A program made the position numbers and the translations under genes. Under the pieces are notes generated by a model. It saw nothing but the letters and a program-made list of their open reading frames with translations. It was not told the origin of the DNA and did no database searches. A stretch of DNA of 63,840 nucleotides, the filler included, from Phoronis australis (Eukaryota > Animalia > Phoronida), in assembly GCA_002633005.1 (NCBI GenBank). It is 11 parts of 11 records of this genome, joined end to end, with 100 filler letters (N's around TTAATTAATTAA, not from the genome) between each part and the next. Parts side by side here need not be neighbours in the genome. Positions count along the whole stretch, not along the records: positions 52,952 to 55,612 come from NMRA01003515.1; positions 55,713 to 58,509 come from NMRA01002044.1; positions 58,610 to 61,689 come from NMRA01003240.1; positions 61,790 to 63,840 come from NMRA01003873.1; 7 more parts are not named here. One strand, 5' to 3'. The first letter of the stretch is position 1; each line of letters opens with the position of its first letter. Positions 53,683-63,840 of this stretch are shown one piece after another.

Positions 53683-54636
53683 CGGTTTCACCCTATATGC
53701 TGCAACAAAACATTAATATCGAAAAATACGCTTTCAGTTTAAAAAACAAGGAAATTCGGGGAGGTAAAAATGAAGTCGGATGAATGCTTTGGCTCAGTTG
53801 TATTCCAAACTTTCCCAGCTTGATAACTACGTATATGAGGGAAGTTTGCGTCACGTGATTCATGAACTTATTTCTTGTCATGGGAATCCCAAGAGACACA
53901 TTTTTCATGTGATACTATGTTCGCCGATTCGGGGGAGAGGTACTCGACTATCATATTTTGGCGAACAGTACGGCATCTGGAAAATTAGTACACACATCGA
54001 GTTAGAGAGTAGATTAGAAAAAGGAGGACCCCGATTGTAGGGACCATCCACGAAAACAAATCATTCTTCCGTGGGATTTTGCTCTAGCACCGTCCTTTGG
54101 AGGGCATCCTTGTACAACACATTCATGTAAACCACAGTCATTTCGTAGGGATTCTTAGACAACTGAATTTTCTACAGCCGGCATTTGGCCATCAAACAGT
54201 CTAGTAACTGAAAGCCCTTCTGTGCGATTTCATTTGCCGGTGTAATTGGAAAAACCCGGACACCTTGGGTGTCATGATTGTATCGGTAAAGGAATCCTTC
54301 CGTTTGGACTTTGGTAGAAAAGGCATCTTTCTGGAATAAAACTGGTCGTGAAAGTTCATCCTTCTCAGAGGCACTTTCGCCCACTCCTTCTATTGGAGTA
54401 CCCCCCACATTTGTCAAGTATTGACCCGTTACACAGTTTACATTGTTTGCGTGCATGAAAGCGGATTGTAGCTCGCTCGACATTCACTCGGCAGTTAGAC
54501 GTCACATTTTATCCGCCCGTACAAGCGACTAGACCCGTTCAGCAAATAACAAGGCGTGATCAAGGATTTGCCCGTATATATATAGTACATATACTAGCTA
54601 TTCATCTCGTTGTGCAGCAACGATTTAGTTGAAGAC

Positions 54637-54718
54637 ATGGCCGACGACGCGGAGGCAGTGAAGTTGGAGGCGTCAGACTCTGCATCACCGCAGTACGGAA
54701 CTTCAGGTGGTGATACAG
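54637..54718 (+). CDS. Candidate first coding exon of an unidentified gene (MADDAEAVKLEASDSASPQYGTSGGDT)
   Basis: AAGACATGGCC start context, CpG-rich surroundings, donor ACAG|GTACGT; no downstream exon identified before the linker. Confidence 0.45.
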
Positions 54719-55712
54719 GTACGTTGAGGGGGTGTCATGGCGTGCCAGACAAGGTGCACAGAGCATGCAATTCCAGCAAGTGTGGCAAGGCAGTGCCAAG
54801 ATCCTCGGCTGAGTGAATATAGTGTCAACAGCTTTGTGCAAGCTCATTCAGTCCGGTTAGGTGGCCTACATGCACACTGCACATTAACCTACATTATGTC
54901 GAATTTAGCTTTCAACATTGATGTATGTAGCTAGTTCGGCCATTCTCAAGGGTTATTGTAAAGTACAGAAAGCGTCGAGAAATGAGTGCAATATCTGGGC
55001 GTCAAAACATTACATATTACGCTGACTCTGCATATTCGTGCACAAGCATATTCATGTATCTGCACATGGGCGGTGCAGCACTGAAAAAAGTGGGGGGCTA
55101 AAGCCCTTCAGCACCCCTGTGTTGCACTGCTTATAGACCATGTGCGGCGTAGCACCGAAAAAGGTGGTGTTGCGCCGCCCATGCTACACACTGGACACTT
55201 GTATACAAATGCAACGAGACTTTCCGCGATCAAGTTTATATATAATATGAAAATAGTGAAATGGAGATACAACTTCTTCATTTATTTAAATTTATCTTAC
55301 CATTGTCCAATGTCTTTCCCATAAAGATGGAGCACTGAATATCGACGACGAATAAATATCTAGGTCCTTTATTCTATCACGATCAAGAAACCAGCCATGA
55401 TGTAAATTAGCATATAGTCTGTTTTGATTAATACAAGCTAGGGACCACTATGGAAATTGGTTCTAAGATACACCGCTAGGATACACATATTCTGAATCTT
55501 ACATACAAAAATGTTTCCCTATGAAATAGAAATTTAAAAACTATTTCGAAGAATACCATATCATCACTTAGCATCAAACTTTGTGCGTTCGTTGCGCAAA
55601 ACGCTAAGTTTANNNNNNNNNNNNNNNNNNNNNNNNNNNNNNNNNNNNNNNNNNNNTTAATTAATTAANNNNNNNNNNNNNNNNNNNNNNNNNNNNNNNN
55701 NNNNNNNNNNNN

Positions 55713-55904
55713 ACGCTGTATCAGGCAGTGTTAGCATCCTATACGCTGTATCAGGCAGTGTTAGCATCCTATACGCTGTATGAGGCAGTGTTAGCATCCT
55801 ATACGCTGTATGAGGCAGTGTGAGCATCCTATACGCTGTATCTGGCAGTGTTAGCATCCTATACGCTGTATGAGGCAGTGTTAGCATCCTGTACGCTGTA
55901 TGAG
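55713..55904. repeat. 30-bp minisatellite, ~6 copies
   Basis: Unit acgctgtatgaggcagtgttagcatcctat. Confidence 0.95.
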
Positions 55905-56910
55905 CTTGAGTGAATATTTCCCACATGTTGTTTAGTTGTTGATAGTTCTCGGTTTTTACATGAATACTGATTGCTTGCAACTATTTTGGTTGTGTCATTG
56001 GTGTGCTGATGTTGATAGAAGTAGTCAGGGCTACTTCTGTCGCTTTTGGCAACCATTTGGCATTTCTCATGTGTTAAGTCGTCTCTTGTAGTGCGTGGTT
56101 TGTTTCTTCTTTTGTCCAGGAATGGTGTGCTGCATTTTGGGTCTCCAAGTGCACTATGTGTTTACTGAGCGTGTCTTTGCGTGCACTTTCTACCACTTTC
56201 ACTCCATCTTTCTGGCATTCTGTCTTTTTGAGTTAATTTCTCTTAAAATTTGTATGTGAAGTTGTATTTCACCAAAAAAAGGAACATTGAATTGGATGTT
56301 TCACTCTCATAAAACCAATCTCATAATATTCCTTGCTATGATAGGATTCCATTTCCATTGTCAGCTCTCAAGTTGCAAGTAATGCGTAGATAAGCCATTT
56401 TCAATTTTCATTGCTCATGCGCCATTTTCGAGTTTTGCAATTTCAGGGATGAGTATCCTCAGTAGGCTTTGAAAGATTTCCTTGAGTCAGTGATGATTTT
56501 GATGTTCTTGATCGTAAAGTAAATAGACTCCTATCACATTAAGGAATATTAAGAGACCCATTTTATGAGAGTAAAAAGCTCAATTCCATTTTCGGTTTTT
56601 AGCCAGCTAAACGAGGCGAAATACAGAATGATGTTTATACTTCATTGTCAAACAAAGTCCCTTCACTCATTATAACATCGTAGCTTTACTTAATCAGTGT
56701 CTTTGACAAAAGCAAGCTACTTTGCCAATAACTTATCTGATATTCATTGGGTTTGCCAAGCTTAATTACTTCTTCCATTTCTGCCCTTAATGTACAACGC
56801 TTGTTGCTTCTACTCAAGAGGACTTTAGTTTACTTTACGTTTGATTTCATGATCGAGATCTGTGTTTCCTTACACAGTTTTATGCGATATCCTTGTATGT
56901 GGACTGTTTT

Positions 56911-57049
56911 GAAAGTGGGCTTGATATTAAGTGAAAGTGGGCTTGATATTAAGTGAAATTGGGCTTGATATTAAGTGAAAGTGGGCTTGATATTAAGTGA
57001 AAGTGGGCTTGATATTAAGTGAAATTGGGCTTGATATTAAGTGAAATTG
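56911..57049. repeat. 22-bp minisatellite, ~6 copies
   Basis: Unit gaaa(g/t)tgggcttgatattaagt. Confidence 0.95.
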
Positions 57050-57602
57050 CAGTTAGGTTGGAGGTAGAAAAAAGTCTAGAACGTTTGATGATTAAATTCA
57101 TGTCAGTGAAGAATTACTATTGTTTGGTTAGTGAATCGTTTGAACTTACGACATGATGGACAGTAAAATCAAGTCAGTTTAGGACACAGTATTGTGAAAT
57201 TTAATTTTCTCATTCTGTCTTAAATCGTATACAGTTGTATCAGAATGATACTTTGCTGTATTCAGGTTCTGCACAATCACAACAATGTATGTTAGAAGTC
57301 CGTTAACAATGACAAAAATTGCCATATTTGGCGATTATTTTTGTCCAAAATGTGTGATAGTTTACTGTGTTCTCACAAACATAAGTCTGAGCATTAAAAG
57401 TGTCGTTGTTTTCTTTCAGTTGTAATTTTTAAACAAAAATCAATTAATTGGCAAGCTTAGTGAGACGTGTGTAGCACTTTCAAAGGCGTCCAATTAGTCA
57501 GTGTGAGTTTGTGGACCACAAACCTCCATGAAATGGTCTCTATTAGACCCTGTGGATGTCTTACAGTTGAATAATATATTAACGGAGTATATCGCATTGT
57601 AG

Positions 57603-58204
57603 CCAAGGCTCGTGGAATAGCCATCCCCGTGGACCTAGACAGTGAAGTCAACAACATGTTTACCAAGGCAAACATTGTTAGGAAACACACTAAGGGATGG
57701 CTGAGTATGACTAAGATCAGGCGAGAGTCGTCCAATCAGATCTCACGAGACTACAGGAGCATCATAGAAGGCCTGCAGGTGAGTTGGACTATGAAAATTA
57801 TTTAAACCGGAAAAGCAAACATATTGTATTTTACGAATTAGATGACATGTATCTGTTCAAAGTCGCAGTACAGCTTACTTTCAAATTAATTTTTGGCTTT
57901 ATGTTTTAAGTTGTCTTTATTGTCATTCCTAGGTAGATGTTATTCGTTAGATAATCAGTAAGTTGCTTGTACTCCGTAGTGGTTGGTACAGATACTTGGG
58001 TTTCCAGGAGACTGTCAATGTTCAATTGAATGTGTCACTCATTTGTCTATATTAGGACATCGTGTCGCTGCTGGAGGATCAGCTGCGCCCCCTGGTGCAA
58101 GCAGAGCTGTCAGTCTTAGTGGATGTCTTGCATCACCCTGACGACTTGTTCCCTAGCAACACCGAAGCCAAGCTCCACTGCGAAAGTGGAGGATTCATTT
58201 CTAA
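57603..58204 (+). CDS. ITPR1: Inositol 1,4,5-trisphosphate receptor, two internal exons (57603-57778, 58056-58204)
   Basis: [20 protein letters not shown]...[12 protein letters not shown]|[50 protein letters not shown] closely follows the IP3R sequence; GT-AG, phase 0 junction. Likely the single invertebrate Itpr. Confidence 0.93.
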
Positions 58205-58212
58205 GTATGACA

Positions 58213-58509
58213 TTTTTATGCGCCCACATACTTATATGTGGACGCATTATGCCGTCATCTCTGTCCGTCCATCCGGGCGGCGTCCGTCCGGCGTCTGGCG
58301 TCCAGCGTCCGCTGCTCTATCTCCAAAACCCTTTGACATACGTTCATGAAATTTGGCACATATGTTCCATTCATGAATGGGACGGCATGTGCGAACTTTC
58401 GGACGGATCCGACTACCGGTGTGCCCCCTAGTGGCAATTTTAGTTTTTACGCTTACCTTTGTATCTTCAAAAGTCCTGAACGGATTTTCATGAAATTTGG
58501 TATGTAGGC
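58213..58509 (+). mobile_element. HINE-like family A copy 4 with intact 5' end, truncated by linker
   Basis: T-run, then 5' subTIR ATGCGCCCAC with nearby inverted copy gtggacgcat, then GTCC-type microsatellite; starts about 8 nt after the ITPR exon end. Confidence 0.82.
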
Positions 58510-59239
58510 NNNNNNNNNNNNNNNNNNNNNNNNNNNNNNNNNNNNNNNNNNNNTTAATTAATTAANNNNNNNNNNNNNNNNNNNNNNNNNNNNNNNNNNN
58601 NNNNNNNNNAAGCTTTTGGGCGAATTATGCCTCACACTGATTAAACAATCAAAGTCGGTTTGTTATTAGTACCTTTAGCGCGTGGTGGGACACCTTAGGA
58701 AGCCCATTTTTACACTGCTTGCGCTAAGGGATATGATGCCATATCCCTTGGCATGAGCAACGCAGATTACGGGAGTATTTGTTCGAGCAATTAGAAGAGT
58801 AAAGACATCAATCATGATCAATGGACCTAATTTAGGCTTCCCTCTATGGGCAAAAGGCACTTATAGCAACAGGACTTGGACGATTAAATCAGTGCGAAGC
58901 ATAATTCGCTTCTAGCGTATAGAGGGCCAATGGGATGGCCACCATCTCTACTTAACTCTACAGTCACTACTGGAGCCAGTCGAGACGATGGTACTAGCGC
59001 ACATCAGAACAGTGTAGTGTAGTACAGGCCTAGGCAATTACATCGCCCTGGAAATTCAATCAGGCAACAGTAGCGAGGAAAATTTTATACCCATCCAGAC
59101 TCTAGTTCCCATGGCGTCGTGGTGCACCATTTTCGAACATGTCAAATGGTAACAATACGCTAAATTCAGGACGAACCGGCAACAATGTTTATTGTTGTTT
59201 TCCAGTCAAAAGTTTACTTTTCGGTCTAGACTCCAGGTA

Positions 59240-59300
59240 GCGCTTCGGTACTTCCGGTTGAAATGGAGTGGCAAGTTATTTCAGGAGCACGGTACCCTTG
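59240..59300 (+). promoter_or_regulatory. Possible SBDS promoter / non-coding first exon
   Basis: CpG-rich patch with ETS-like ACTTCCGG. The SBDS ATG exon has its own acceptor (ttgctttcag at 60774-60783), so an upstream exon is implied. Confidence 0.3.
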
Positions 59301-59613
59301 ATTGCACAACGTAGTCGTAAGTAAACTTCGTCTTCTTCCAGTGTATACAGTCTCGATGCCTAGTCTAAAGCAAAAAATTAAGGTGCATTTACATTTCCAT
59401 TGGAGAAGCACCTTGAAGGCTTGCCGCTTGAAGTTGAAGCAAGGCAGCTGTTTTGTCACTGTCTGCTCTCACTCACAGTCACAGTCACAGTGACTCACAC
59501 ACGCAGTGCTGTGCTTGTCTAGTGCTGGAATCCGTGGGCATAGTCATAGACGTAGGCGTAACCGTTGTTGTGAATGTAGGTTTATTGCAGAGCAGACATA
59601 ACCTCAGGCGCTC

Positions 59614-60711
59614 GAGATGTAATGTTTCTTAAACATACAACCATGTACTACTACTATGAAATACTGGTAATAGTACTGGTTCTCTTTCCATGCATAGTCA
59701 ATTGGTGATGGCGTGATGCTCTATTTTATGGCACTCAAAGCCAACTCTTGGGATCGCACCACATATTTTGCAGCAGAATTTATAAGGGAATGACGGCAAT
59801 TTTTAGCTCTGGTAACCTACTGTCTTACTAAAGCCGGAGTCAAGGAAAGGTGTGGTTTGAATGACATTCTGCTGCAACATGTGTATCAGTTGATCCTAGA
59901 AGTGTTGTCAACAGCTTAGTTAGGCAATGACCATCGCCTCTGTTGGCCCGAAGCAGAGGCGATGTAGAGGCTATAGGCGCTCTGTACGCCGGAAGCTTTT
60001 CGGCGAATTATGCCTCGCACCGACTAAACCATCAAAGTCACGTTGTTACAAATACCTTTTGCGCATAGAGGAACACCTTAGGAGGTTGTCGATGTGTTTA
60101 ATTCCTTCCAACTCGAACAAATACTCCCGTTATGAAACTTTTTCTTCGAGCAGTCCCTATTTCAGTTCCCAAAATCGTGAACTCANNNNNNNNNNNNNNN
60201 NNNNNNNNNNNNNNNNNNNNNNNNNNNNNNNNNNNNNNNNNNNNNNNNNNNNNNNNNNNNNNNNNNNNNNNNNNNNNNNNNNNNNNNNNNNNNNNNNNNN
60301 NNNNNNNNNNNNNNNNNNNNNNNNNNNNNNNNNNNNNNNNNNNNNNNNNNNNNNNNNNNNNNNNNNNNNNNNNNNNNNNNNNNNNNNNNNNNNNNNNNNN
60401 NGAGATGTAATGTTTCTTAAACATACAACCATGTACTACTACTATGAAATACTGGTAATAGTACTGGTTCTCTTTCCATGCATAGTCAATTGGTGATGGT
60501 GTGATGCTCTATTTTATGGCACTCAAAGCCAACTCTTGGGATCGCGCCACATATTTTGCAGCAGAATTTATAAGGGAATGACGGCAATTTTTAACTCTGG
60601 TAACCTACTGACTTACTAAAGCTGGAGTCAAGGAAAGGTGTGGTTTTTAATGACGTTCTGGTGCAACATGTGTATCAGTTGATCCTAGAAGTGTTGTCAA
60701 CAGCTTAGTTA
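59614..60711. repeat. ~309-bp near-identical duplication (59614-59922 and 60402-60711) either side of an N gap
   Basis: Direct alignment by eye with roughly 8-9 differences. Confidence 0.9.
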
Positions 60712-60790
60712 CACTGATATCTTAGAAATTACAACCATTGTACGAATATTTTGTCATTGTGTGTCTTGTTGTATTGCTTTCAGAGTCACC

Positions 60791-61419
60791 ATGGCTACAA
60801 TATTCACCCCCACAAATCAGAAGCGGCTCACAAATGTGGCTGTTGTACGCATGAAAAAAGGAGGCAAACGATTTGAGATAGCCTGCTATCCTAATAAAGT
60901 AACTTCATGGAGAAATAAAGTGTAAGTGACAATTCCATTTGGCAAACATCCCAAAATTAAGTCTGTCTCGTCTGACCTTGCATTCGGGGGAACTAAATAT
61001 GTTAAGTTCACGAACTGTAAATAGCGTTTGTCTTCAAAATACTTCCATTGGCTTCTGCCAATACAGCTTACTTCAATAGTTTGTCATTTTATTGTAAAGT
61101 GTCTGTTACTGAGTGGGGTTTAGTCTTTAATGCATAAATGATATTTATTAAATCAATACTCGTCTTTAATTTCCGATTCCATAGTTTGATTTAGAGTGTT
61201 TGAGTATTGAGCTTTATGATATTTGTTTAGCTGCCAAACAGAGTTTTCTTTTCATATAGCATTTGATTTAGGTTAGTGTACTTTTTCAGTGAGACCGACA
61301 TTGATGAGGTGCTTCAAACACACACAGTTTTCCTGAACGTCTCAAAAGGACAAGGAGCCAAGAAGGATGATCTGATGAAATCTTTTGGAACAGACAACCA
61401 GTCTGAAATATGCTTACAG
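60791..61419 (+). CDS. SBDS: Ribosome maturation protein SBDS, first two coding exons (60791-60921, 61290-61419)
   Basis: [44 protein letters not shown]|[43 protein letters not shown]; phase-2 junction, GT-AG. Confidence 0.96.
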
Positions 61420-62122
61420 GTAATGGTTCTGGTAGTCCCTGTAATGCACTCGAGTGAAACTTCATGCGTGTATAGGCCTTTCTCAAAATTTATGCACGAC
61501 TCACATTCCAATCCCAGAAGGAGGCTAGTACTGACCAGTCTACAGGAAGCTGTCTGTTTACAGTGAATCTCTACATAAACAATTGCACACTGCTGTGTCT
61601 CTTGCTGCACAAATACCGTATTCGCCGTAATAACCGCCCAGGGCGCTTAGAAAAGTTCGGTTCAGGGGGGGCGCTTATTATAACCCAAGNNNNNNNNNNN
61701 NNNNNNNNNNNNNNNNNNNNNNNNNNNNNNNNNTTAATTAATTAANNNNNNNNNNNNNNNNNNNNNNNNNNNNNNNNNNNNNNNNNNNNTTCCCCAACCC
61801 CACCTCCCCCCCACACTTAAACAGCAATATCTCTGTAGAAATCGAACCAAATTTTATATAATACACACCACCATGTTTGTCTCAATGAGACGAATCTTTT
61901 TATATGCAGCAAATGTATATTCTTTTATTTTTTAAGAAATTATGTAAAAAGGCAGATATTTTACGCATAATAGCCGCGCTTCAACGGCCATTTTCTCGTT
62001 AACCGCTCGTCCAATTTTTCTGATTTTTGCACCGTTTCACTTCTTACACCAAGGGCTTTTCAAAAATGTATGACACATGGGTATTGTAAAAAAAAAATAA
62101 AAAAACGTTGTCCTCCCTATAT

Positions 62123-63070
62123 ACAGTCAAGTGACCTAATTATCGGACGTTTTGGCACATTTTGCATTATATTTAATTGAAAATACTACGGATTGTTGTA
62201 AATTCTTTGCTGAAATAAAGGCTTACCTTCACGGAATTGTTCTGTTACTATATCTTGTCACTGAAAGCCACATTTATGTTCCGACTGATCTTTAAAATAC
62301 ACAACAAGCAAATCTTCGGAGAACCTAAATATCGGACACCATGTTTCCCCATACGCCACACCGCAGAAAACTGACTAACCACATAATGGCCGCGGGCACT
62401 TTGTAGCCAAATTTCAGCTCGAGTGTTTTGACATATATGCTGCTAGAACACAGGTCCATTCGCAACAAAATTATCCATAAAATGAAATCTGATGACGGCG
62501 CCAAGTTGTTTCGATGAATTAGTGCAGACGACTAAAGCACGTGCAAGCTCACTGCAGTTTTTTTAAGTATCACTTTGGCTTCTTGATATGACACCCGCAC
62601 GTGCGCGGTTTGACTTGAGTTTAAAAACAAATGAAAAAATGGAACAGTTCAATGAGATGGTTTCATTGTTTTAAAAGATTTTATTTTCAACTTTTATAAC
62701 CGATTATGCGATCGTCCATTTTAGGCCGACTTGGGTCTAAATTGCACCCTCTCTCGGTGAAATCAAAACGAGGCAATGCTGTAAAAAACGAGACGGCGCC
62801 GGACATTGAATGCATTACAACGGAACAAAAATTGGTGTCATTTAATTCTCAGATTATATTTCAAGTAAGATTCTATGAAATGTCCAATATTTAGGTTCCA
62901 TCCGATAATTAGGTACACTATGACTATGTGTAGAGCTCCTATGATAGAGCATCATCGTCTCTATTCTGGATAGATGGTCATTGTTTAAGGATTAAGATTA
63001 TGCTTCAAGTAAGATTTTTTGAAATGTCCGATATTTAGGTTCCGTCCGATAATTAGGTACACTATGTGTA
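62123..63070. mobile_element. Non-autonomous Tc1/mariner-like TIR element with duplicated right end
   Basis: TA-CAGTCAAGTGACCTAATTATCGGAC at left; tccgataattaggtacactatg at ~62901 and again at ~63045. Confidence 0.6.
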
Positions 63071-63840
63071 GCTGAAGCCTGAAGGTCACGCATGTTCAAC
63101 GAAAATTAGAATACAAACAACTTGTACACTTATACTTTTAACTGAATAAAGAAAAGATACAATCCCGCCACGACAGAGATGACCACGAAGACGTGCAATT
63201 CTTTCTTCTGCCATCGAAATGACAAACGTCAACAAACGTTTGCAACGATTGCAAAGTCCAGATCGCGAAGTCCAATCACAACATCCGGGATTTAAATTTT
63301 TCACTTTCGTAGTTTTCAAAGTTGAAGAGCTCTTGTCATAGGCATAAAAATACTGGACTACAAAATGTATATTCCTTTTTTTAAAATTCTATTTGTGTTT
63401 TAATTTATTATATTTGAGATTTATGATGTATTTGAATATACTTAAAAAATTCAATAGTAATTATAAATGGAGCTAATTTTGTTTGCTCCCTGTGGCAGTG
63501 CCAATGGCGTAAATAGCAACTGGAGCTTCATTAGCTACTGTTGAATACTGGAAGCTTAGCTTTTGAGTTTGAAAGGAAACGTCAAAATGATCAGGTAGCA
63601 TGTTTCAAAACATATAGCCATATCTATGGTTCACTTTAATTGAATTGCATGTATCATTTCATTTACTATGAACGAGAACGTTACTTGTCTTTCAAGAGGC
63701 AGAGACGAGTGCTGTCAGTTGTCAGTTGATCTGTCTCACACACAGTCTCATCACTGCCTGATATTGCAGAGCTGAGATGGTGATGGATGATGAGTGACGA
63801 ATTGAATGTTACAGCACGGATCACTGACACTTAGTGACTG

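Noticed and set aside
55657-55980. ORF with (TAYRMLTLPH)n repeats
   Set aside because: Translation of a 30-bp minisatellite ending in the artificial linker.

Overview
AT-rich, intron-containing animal (invertebrate-type bilaterian) genomic DNA, not prokaryotic. The window is not one locus: ten identical 100-nt artificial linkers (N44-TTAATTAATTAA-N44) split it into 11 draft-assembly pieces, and there are four sized N gaps. Spliced gene fragments with phase-consistent GT-AG junctions: a PISD exon, the 3' end of a DDX43-type DEAD-box helicase (+), nine exons of an ESCO2-type cohesin acetyltransferase (-, convergent with DDX43), two IP3-receptor exons, the first two coding exons of SBDS, an FN3-domain exon, and two exons of an unidentified low-complexity protein. 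The rest is mainly mobile-element debris: four copies of a Helentron-associated (HINE/DINE-like) family, three disrupted THAP-domain ORFs, TIR elements and MITEs, a CR1/L2-type RT fragment, a kinase pseudogene and minisatellites. I found no convincing new biological system. The best leads are an orphan compact ORF (17.6-18.1 kb), a 3-kb TIR element with inward-facing donor sites and zinc-finger remnants, an hAT-like element with a 5-bp target duplication, a TAG-terminal element with a 9-bp TSD splitting a THAP domain, and a tRNA-like Pol III cassette inside a TIR element. All identifications were made by eye from motifs; no database searches were run.
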